Origin: Octopus vulgaris
Taxonomy: Eukaryota
Reading direction: 5' to 3'
Assembly: GCA_951406725.2 (NCBI GenBank)
Contig: OX597822.1
Coordinates: 23,312,001-23,376,000 of the forward strand
DNA: 64,000 bases
Below the pieces are notes generated by a model. The model was not told the origin of the DNA. It saw only the letters and a list, made by a program, of their open reading frames with translations, and ran no database searches. The position numbers and the translations under genes are program-made. Shown in pieces: positions 54,740 to 64,000 of this stretch. Each line of letters starts with the position of its first letter. Within the stretch, counting starts at the first letter, position 1.

Positions 54740-55004
54740 CAACCATGAGATAGAGAATAGGAAACCAGACATAGTGTTAATTAAGAAAGAAAGAAAGCTA
54801 TGCTGGATCATAGATATAACATGCCCAGCTGACAACAAGGTATGCGATAAGGAAGAAAGGAAAGTCGATAGATAGTTAGCTTGGGAGGTTAAGCAGTTGT
54901 GGTCACTGAAAAAGGTGATAGTAGTACCAATAATTGTCGGAGCCCTGGGAACAGTGGGTAAAAATCTTGAGAAGTACATAGAACAAATAGGGGCTGCAAT
55001 AATT

Positions 55005-55207
55005 TCTACTAAAAGCACAAGACCTGAAATTTTCAGGGAGGAGACTAGTCAAATACATCGATCCTAGTGTTTCACTGGTACTTAAATTTATCCACTCCAA
55101 AAGAATGGGAGATAAAATCGACCTCGGCGGAATTTGAACTCAGAACGTATAGCGACAGACGAAAATACCGCTCAGCATTTTGCCCGGTGTACTAACGATT
55201 CTGCCTG
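55005..55207 (-). mobile_element. SINE family B
   Basis: tcgacctcggcggaatttgaactcagaacgta. Confidence 0.85.
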
Positions 55208-55621
55208 CAACATAGAAGGACAGAAAGCTAACAAACGTTTGTATTTTACATGAAACTTAACAACCGACAATAAAATACTGTGTGGAGTATTAAATCATAA
55301 GAAATGATGACGGTTACATCACATTCCATGTGATTATGACGTCGTACTATTAAAAGAATGGATCTGAGAGACGTTTTTTTTATTGTTTTGCTTGTTTCTT
55401 GTGTTGATAGAACTGACTGCTGGATGAAGTCTGACTTGACAATGGCAGTAACAACTATAAGCAACGACCTTAGGTGGACAGATTGATAGATATGTCTGTA
55501 TGTGTATGTGTTTATGTAGATTATATAGATTGGAAATATTATGTGTGTGCGTGCGTATTCATACTTAAATAGATATAATCTTTATACACATATATACACA
55601 TACATGTGCAAATGTATCTTT

Positions 55622-55672
<51 letters not shown>

Positions 55673-55767
55673 TATATGTTTGCACACCTGTAATTTATAT
55701 TTTATATATTCATATTTTTTTCTCTCTAGTTTCAGCTCAGAGCTGTGGCCATGCTGATGCACCGCCA

Positions 55768-55846
<79 letters not shown>

Positions 55847-56445
55847 ATCACTGCCTGGAATTGAACTCGGAATCTTGGGGTTAGTAGCCTGTGCTCTTAA
55901 CCACTATGCCATATGCCTGTGGGTATATGGCTTCCGCCGAGGTCGACTTTGCCTTTCATCCTTTCGGAGTCGATAAATTAAGTACCAGTTGCGTACTGGG
56001 TCGATCTAATTAACTAGCCTCCTCCCCCCCAAAATTTCGGGCTTTGTGCCTAGAGTAGAAAAGATTATATAAACATACTTGTTTGTAAGCATGCATGTAT
56101 AAATACCAACCTATATACGTGCATAACTACCTACCTACCTACCTACCTACCTACCTACCTACCTACCTACCTACCTACCTACCTACCTACCTACCTAACT
56201 ACCTACCTACATACATACAGACATACGTTAATGCAAACATATTACAAGCGATGCATGTCAAAATAGATCTGTTTTACATTCGTTACGTTTTACGAGATGA
56301 GTTTTATGGTTTATTTACAATGATTACATGGTTTGTGACTAACGATAAAACAACTTGTTATATATTTAAATACACCAATGAAAGAAGGACAGAGTAGCGG
56401 AACGAGAGAAAAGCTTATTAAGGGTAAAAAGATTGATAGATAGAT

Positions 56446-56575
<130 letters not shown>

Positions 56576-56724
56576 AGACACAGATAGACAGATGTGTTGA
56601 TACATATAGATTGAGGAATAGATAGATATAGATTGGCAGGCAGAAAGATTGACAGCGATAAATAAATTGAGACAGATTGACAAAGATGGATAGAAGACAC
56701 CAACAGATAGACAGGTAGGTAGAA

Positions 56725-56763
<39 letters not shown>

Positions 56764-56863
56764 CAGGCAGACATTGACAAATTTATGGAAAGATGGATCG
56801 ATAGATAGACAAACAGATTGATAGATAGGTTAGACAGACAGACAAGACACACGTATATGTATG

Positions 56864-56895
<32 letters not shown>

Positions 56896-56906
56896 ATAAA
56901 GAAACA

Positions 56907-56955
<49 letters not shown>

Positions 56956-57411
56956 CGATAGAAAAAGATAGAGAGCATAGATAAATAGACAAACGGAGAT
57001 ATGATGATCGATCAATAGATTAATCGATTAATCGATCGATCGGAATAAAAAAAGAAAAAAAAACTACGGAATACATGGAAATTCGATCGATTAAAGCACT
57101 AAACAGATAATATGGAGATATAATTCCAGCGCCGACACTCACCCCCATCCCTGCCATCCTATACCAGAGGCGACATCATTGAAACACGAATGGCCTTATG
57201 TGACGTTTGTTATTAAATTAAAATCCGATTGTAAAATCCACGAAGGAGAAAACATGGAGGGAAAAACTGGCTTTTAATAGAGCAGAAATGTATGTATGCG
57301 TATATGATAAATTCATTTGCTTTCAGAAAATGGGAAAGCATTGTTGAAATAATAATACTGTGGTAGGAGATGACGAGAATAACAACAACTGCTGTAATGA
57401 TTTAGTTAGAA

Positions 57412-58410
57412 AGGACTAGACGATTACATCAACCCCCATGTTCAGCTGGTACTCATCTTATCGACCCCGAAAGCATAAAAGGCAAAGTCGATCTCGGGAG
57501 AATTTGAACGCAGAACGTAGAAATATACGAAATACCTATTTCTTTACTACCCACAAGGGGCTAAACACAGAGAGAACAAACAAGGGCAGACAGACGGATT
57601 AAGTTGATTATATCGATCCCAGTGCGTAACTGGTACTCATCTTATCGACCCCAAAAGGATGAAAGGCAAAGTCGACCTCGGCGGAATTTGAACTCAGAAC
57701 GTAACGGCAGATGAAATACCACTCAACATTTTGCCCAGCGTGCTAAAGATTCTGCCAGCTCGCAGCCTTAATAAATAATAATAATCCTTTCTACTGGAGG
57801 CACAAGGCCTCAGATTTGTGGCGCGGGGACTAGTCGATTACATCAACCCCAGTGTTTCACTGGTACTTAATTTATTGCCTCCCAAAGGACAAAGGCAAAG
57901 TCGATCTCGGGAGAATTTGAATCCAGAACGTAGAAACATACGAAATGCCGCTAAGCCTTTTGTCCGGTGTGCTAACGATTCTTATTTCTTCATTGCCCAC
58001 AAGGGGCTAAACATAGAGGGGACAAACAAGGATAGACGAAGGAATTAAGTCGATTACATCGACCCCAGCATGTAACTGGTATACACACACATCCCTGAAA
58101 GTTTCATCCAAATCCATCCATTGGTTCTTGAGATATCTTGTCCACGGACAAACAAACAAACACGACTGAAAACAATACCTCCGCCTTAGCGAAGACGGAG
58201 GTAATAATGATCCTTTGTACTATAGACAGAAGGCCTGAAATTTGTGGGGAGGGAGCTAGTCAGTCACATCTGGTACTTATTTGATTGATCCCGAAAGGAT
58301 GAAAAGCTAAGTCGACCTCAGCGGAATTTGAACTCAGAACATAAAGATGGACGAAATGCCGCTAAGCATTTCCCTCGGCGTGCTAACGATTCAGCCAGCT
58401 CGTCGCCTTC
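57412..58410 (-). mobile_element. Tandem cluster of SINE family B units
   Basis: Four cores near 57485, 57670, 57898 and 58310. Confidence 0.88.
58083..58206 (+). mobile_element. Helentron/HINE-like 3' end
   Basis: aagtttcatccaaatccatccattggttcttgagatatc, (acaa)n, terminal hairpin tacctccg...cggaggta. Confidence 0.6.
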
Positions 58411-58755
58411 ATAATAATAATACTAGCAAGACCAGTCCACACCCTTTTTGAGGTAATTAAATCGACGTAATAATGTTACTGTGTCAATGAATTTGCAATT
58501 CTTTACCATAACTATAGAGCGTAATTGGTGTGTGTGTGTGTGTGTGCTCGCGCGCGTGTGATAGTATGTCTGCGCCCTCGTGACTACGCAATGCGTTTAA
58601 GCGTATGTCTGTGGGTATGTGTGTGTTAGTTTACATGTATTGTGCACATGTGTACAATGATTTTTCTTCCCAGGCACACACATACACACACAAACATACG
58701 CTCTCTTTCTCTCTCCCTCTCTCTCTCTTTCACTCACACATACGTACGCACGCTT

Positions 58756-58800
<45 letters not shown>

Positions 58801-59597
58801 AGCATACTTACATATACAGGCATGCATATAGATACACGCACACATATACATGGCTACCGAATAACTGTCACACATTATATGGCTACCGAATAATTGTCAC
58901 ATAGTCACATATTATATTTACATATATATATATATACACACATAGAGGGAGAGGGAGAAAGAGAGCGAGAGAGAAAGAGAGAATGAGAGAGAGAGAGAGA
59001 GAGAAGGCAGACTGAGAAACGTGTGTATGTGTATATTTTCTTGTCATTCTAGGAGTTCCTTTCTATATGTTCGTATGCAAATATATATGCAAATATATAT
59101 GTATGTACATGTACGTCTGTCGTTACTCGTGTTCCTTCCAGTCATTGTAAAAACCTATGTTTGTGGCAATGTTAAATAAAATTACTTAAAACAACTACAA
59201 TAAAGTCATTTTCAATATAATTAGTTGCTGAAATATATTTTATTCATAGCTAATAAAGTTGATGAGTTTCCTCTTTTCTCTCTTTTTTTTGAAAAATTAA
59301 TTAGGCATATTTTTTTACACAATATAAGCAAAACCACAAACACTTTTTGCTAAGGTCATCATCGTCGTTGTCGTCCACCTTGTGTGTTTTATTAAATGTG
59401 ACTGTAAGTTACTCGTGTTTGATAAACAAATGAGAACGTCTGTTAACCATTTTAGTATTAAACCGCTCTTGTTTTTCACTGGTTTAAGGAAAGAGTGGCT
59501 GTCTTTTCGTTTCCGACACACACACACACGTGTGTGTGTGCAGACGGAGTATGCGCTGTGAGGTCGAATTTTTAAGGAGTTCGATTCACAACCAGGC

Positions 59598-59992
59598 CTT
59601 TGATCAAAGCATCGCTTGATTATTTCTGTGATCACTGAATAAAAGTCGTGGTGGCCACATCTAGAACCTGTGCAGTGATTCACTGTTTGAATATAGGTCG
59701 TGATGTTCATGTCTAGGTTTTTGATTGTAGGCCTGCCTGGTTATTGCTGACATTCACTTTTTGAATAAAAGTCGTGTTTGTCATATCTGGAACGCCTTTG
59801 TTCAAAGATCTGCTTGGTCATTTCTGGATTCACAAAAAAACAGTGATGGTCTTATCTGGAACGTCTTTGATCGTAGGTTTGTCTGATCATTACTGCAATT
59901 CATTGTCTGAATAAAAGTCGTGAGGGTCACATTGGGAACGCTCTTGATCGCAGACCGGCTAGATTATTGCTGAGTGTCACTGTTTGAATAAG
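59598..59992. repeat. Degenerate tandem repeat of about 50-75 bp units at a LINE 3' end
   Basis: Recurring tgaataaaagtcgtg...atctggaac...ttgatc blocks. Confidence 0.75.
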
Positions 59993-60835
59993 GGTTGGGC
60001 ATTAGAGGACAAACATGGCCGTACTCCATAGCATGGTCTGCTTCTCGACACTCACAGGTTATTGGACCTGTCTTGTAGCCCCATCTGACCAAACCAACTT
60101 TTGATCGTCTCATTCTCATTCTCAGGTCTTTGAGTGACTTCCACTGAATCCATGGTTTTTCAGAGCCAGCAGAGAGGTCTTCAGTTGGGGAGATACCTAT
60201 ATCTCTTAGAAGCGGGTCGTTCTCAAGCTTTTCCATCCAGTGCTAGAGAGTCTGGTACCTTCCTGAGACGTTAGGGACTGAGCATGACTTATGAAGTTTT
60301 TTCATGATTTCAGACGGTGACATCCATGGAAGAGGTAACGTGGATCTTTTCGGTTTGAACGGCAGTTTTAAATATGATTTCTAGGTAACTAAAAGATTTT
60401 AAACTTTGTATACTGGTAGAATGTGTTTATAAAACATCTTTTACTCTGGGCTTTATTGAGAAAATTCTATAGTTTGTAAGATATTTATTGTTTATTTTTC
60501 TTCAATTTCTGCAATTTCAACCAATCAATGACCGTCTATTGAGGTGAAAACATTCTGTGCCGTATGAATATGTCCCTCGTTTAAGAAACAGATTGGATTT
60601 ATTTACATTTGTGCAGAAAAAAAAGATACCCTTCCCCCCACCCCTAACCCTAACCCAACCCTAACCCTAACTAACCCTAACCCTAAAACAGATTGAAATG
60701 CAATAGATCGATACTAGGGTCATAATTATGGGTGACAATTTCATATGACACCGCTAGAAAAAACTGCCGTTGAAACCGAAAAGATCCGGTGACGTTCATC
60801 ACTAGTAGCCTTTGTCATCTCTGATCAACAGTTAC
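59964..60835 (-). mobile_element. I-group (Ingi/Vingi-like) LINE 3' fragment split by a MITE
   Basis: WIQWKSLKDLRMRMRRSKVGLVRWGY...CECREADHAMEYGHVCP resembles the LNRLRTG...KWG...CxC...H...CP C-terminus. Confidence 0.65.
60342..60787 (-). mobile_element. MULE-like MITE with internal (CCCTAA)n
   Basis: Reverse complement of 15887-16313; TSD ggtaacgt / ggtgacgt (8 bp, one mismatch). Confidence 0.88.
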
Positions 60836-61403
60836 TTTACATCTCTCTCACACACATGCACGCGCGCACACACACACACACACACAGACACACACATACA
60901 CACACACACGAACATTCGACACGTCTACATTTTTCTTACTCCCACCATATTAAAATGCTGTCGGCAAATATTTCACCTATATTTATTCCTATCCCTATGA
61001 ATATTCTCTGTTTTTCTTGCGCTCGTTCGCTCCGCTCCTTTCAAATTTAAATTTTGAACGTATACATGCTCGTATAATTATTTAGTTAGCATAAACCGCC
61101 TCTTTATGACCTATTTCCTTTTGTATATAGTGCAAATTGCAAAAATAACAATAAGGATGTGAAAATGGGTGCAACACTACAAATATTTTTCATTCACATC
61201 ATGAATAGCTTTGGAAAGAGACTACTGCACCTATTAATATTCATTGAAAAGGTGATCTGGGAGCAATCAGTCTTTGTGGTACCGTTACATGTCCCGTATT
61301 ATTTAATCAAAGCAAATACCAAAAGAGAAATGTTTAATCAAAATTATTCTTTTATTCGAGGTAGACAAAACAACACGTTTCAGGTTTGAGTTACCACCAA
61401 ATA

Positions 61404-61810
61404 TAGGAGTGGCTGTGTGGTAAGTAGCTTGCTTACCAGCCACATGGTTCCGGGTTCAGTCCCATTGCGTGGCACCTTGGGCATATGTCTTCTACTATAA
61501 CCTGGGGCCGACCAAAGCCTTGTGAGTGAATTTGGTAGACGGAAACTGAAAGAAGCTCATCGTATATATATATATATGTATGTATGCGTGTGTGTCTGTG
61601 TTTGCCCCCCCCCCCCCCCAAATCGCTTGACAACCGATGTTGGTGTGTTTACGTCCCCGTAACTTAGCGGTTCGGCAAATGAGACCCATAGAACAAGTAC
61701 TAGGCTTACAAAGAATAAGTCCTGGGGGTCTATTCGCTCTACTAAAGGCGGTGCTCCAGCATGGCCGCAGTCGAATGACTGAAACAAATAAAAGAATAAA
61801 GGAATAAAAG
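61404..61810 (+). mobile_element. SINE family A
   Basis: taggagtggctgtgtggtaagtagcttgc head through aatgactgaaacaaataaaag tail. Confidence 0.9.
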
Positions 61811-61841
<31 letters not shown>

Positions 61842-62155
61842 TTAATATTCAATGAAACATGAAATAACTGTTTTTGGAAACTGTGGATGTCGAAAGCTTA
61901 TATAAGCTATAAACAATCGCATCTAATATTTGCTTGCTGTTACTAATGAGTTTATGTGTGCTTTGAGATCCACTGTATAAAAAAAGAAGACACACACACA
62001 CATAGAGAAAGAGAGAGTGTAGAGACATAGTTGACATAAAAAGTATAGGATAAGTGCTCATACTTATCTTGGTTGCAGGCAATGAGTAAAGGAGCGCTAC
62101 ACAAACACGCACACGCACGCACACGCACGCACACGTACACACACACGCACGCACT

Positions 62156-62269
<114 letters not shown>

Positions 62270-62516
62270 GAGAGCGTAAGAATCACAGGAGGAGGTGGAG
62301 TAAATGACAGAGTAGATTGGTGTAGCTGAAAAATGCTCCGCCGTGGTCAATTGATATTTTCCGTAGATGCTTTTTCAAGCAAGCTGTCCGTTAGCTGTAC
62401 GTTTCCTTTTGCATTTGTGACTTGGATATTGGCTAAGATTCGTTTTGCAAGAAACATCGTTGGTCTTAGAAACATCCTTATTTATTTATTTATTTATCTA
62501 TTTTCCTTTACTTTTT

Positions 62517-62715
62517 CTCTTTTACTTTTAGACTGTGGCCATACTTGGGCACCGCTTTGGAGAATTTTTTAGTCGAACTAATCAACTCCAGTACTTATTT
62601 CGAAGCCTGGTACTTATTCTGTTCGTCCTTTTGCCGAACCGCTAAGTTATGAGGACCAAAAAACACCATCGCACGTACACACACAAACACAAACACACAT
62701 ATATACGACGGGCTT

Positions 62716-62718
<3 letters not shown>
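62517..62718 (-). mobile_element. Partial SINE family A
   Basis: Tail blocks agcctggtacttattct and gccgaaccgctaagtta. Confidence 0.75.
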
Positions 62719-62769
<51 letters not shown>

Positions 62770-63374
62770 CATGAGTATACATATGGACATGTGGATGTGA
62801 GTGTAATTCTATTAGTTCGTTGGTGAGGGTTTAAATAGAAAAATATTAGTATTGTAATAATACTAGACTTCTTACGTAGGGAGGTTATCTGTATAAGCTA
62901 TAAGGAGTTATTTTGATTATATATCTTAGAATATTAGCGTATTTTGACTTTTTACAATCAATTTCTTATAATTTAATTATTATAAACCTCTGTTAACTTA
63001 GTATATATATATTTTTATGTCTTTTGATAGACAAACATAAACGGGTATTCTATACTTTATAATTTAGCGAATGTTTGAATAAAACAGCGGTAAAGTTCCG
63101 GACATTTTTAGTTCTAAAATATTATGTTTACGAAAAATACGGTGTAACATGAATTATGTACCTTATGACAAATTACACTCTCTATCTGGATATAATTATA
63201 TGTATGTTTGCATTTACGGATTTATGGACATATGTGAGTGGATCTGTTTGTAAATACTTAGTTAATACCACGGCCATGGTGCCGTCCGGGGCGGGTGGAT
63301 GTCTGTATGCATGTATGTGCAATCGGTTGAGTTCCTCTGTTTTGCATGTGTATAGTTGCGATAGTACCTCTTAT

Positions 63375-63410
<36 letters not shown>

Positions 63411-64000
63411 TGATTTGGTTGTGTATGTGGGTATGTCTGTGTGTATGTGTGTGGGTGTGTGTGTGTGTGTGTGTGTATACATATAACTATGTATGTATGT
63501 GCGCACGATTTGTGGATGTGCGTGCGCGTGTCAATGTTTCCTAGCTAACTAAACGTAAAATTTCCATTGTAATTCAAATTTAAAACTATAGGCCAATCGA
63601 ATCCATCTATGAAAATCAATACCATGCGGGCAGAGGAATTCGAATGATTGCGTATATATGTGGATGTCCGTGTGCATTGGTTGGTACAGTCGTGGTGTTA
63701 TTAATATTAATATTAATTTTATTGACTTTTTCTGTAATAACACATTTTAATATATTGGACTGTTCAATATATATGCCTGCTTTGAGTGTGAGTGTACATG
63801 TTGTGGTTCCTTGACGTTGGTTATGGAACTGTGGAGTTCAATATGGAACATTATTGTGTTTGTTGATGTATATTGATCTATATTGTTTATATTGTATTAT
63901 TGTGTATATATATATATATGTAAGAATATGAGTGTGTATGCACACATATTTATATTTATATGTAAATTTTTTTCATACTTGCATTAAATTCTCTGAAGAG

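Larger units (their letters stand above)
52660..55003 (+). mobile_element. R4/Dong-clade LINE fragment split by a DNA transposon (LINE parts 52660-53338 and 54740-55003)
   Basis: HPTSDTDRLY, HGQF, AAQEQALRT, CCHC knuckle CRICGQNSETVWHITCQC, RRHD, KWYEH, ILWDFMIQCNH | HEIENRKPDIV...DITCPADNKV...IIVGALGTV. Confidence 0.92.

Noticed and set aside
62768-64000. Possible decayed Penelope GIY-YIG coding remnants on minus
   Set aside because: Only vague resemblance with many stops; a profile search (tblastx/HMMER) would be needed.

Overview
AT-rich, microsatellite-dense eukaryotic DNA, most likely intronic or intergenic sequence from an octopus (inferred from the SINE families and repeat landscape, not verified). 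I found no intact protein-coding gene; nearly all long ORFs in the track run over simple repeats. The window contains three abundant SINE-like families, decayed Tc1, maT/mariner and hAT transposases, and R4/Dong, RTE and Ingi/Vingi-like LINE fragments. It also holds mariner MITEs, a MULE-like MITE family with 8-bp TSDs that carries (TTAGGG)n, Helitron/Helentron-like ends, a non-coding element found only in (TAA)n tracts, and two weak minus-strand exon candidates. The strongest unexplained signal is about a dozen type I hammerhead-ribozyme-like motifs from roughly six unrelated short repeat families. Most lie in or next to (TA)n tracts, and several sit in inverted arrangements. They show three Watson-Crick states of the catalytic 3-8 pair (C-G, U-A, G-C). 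This fits Penelope-like pseudo-LTRs or retrozymes; self-cleavage is predicted from sequence only.
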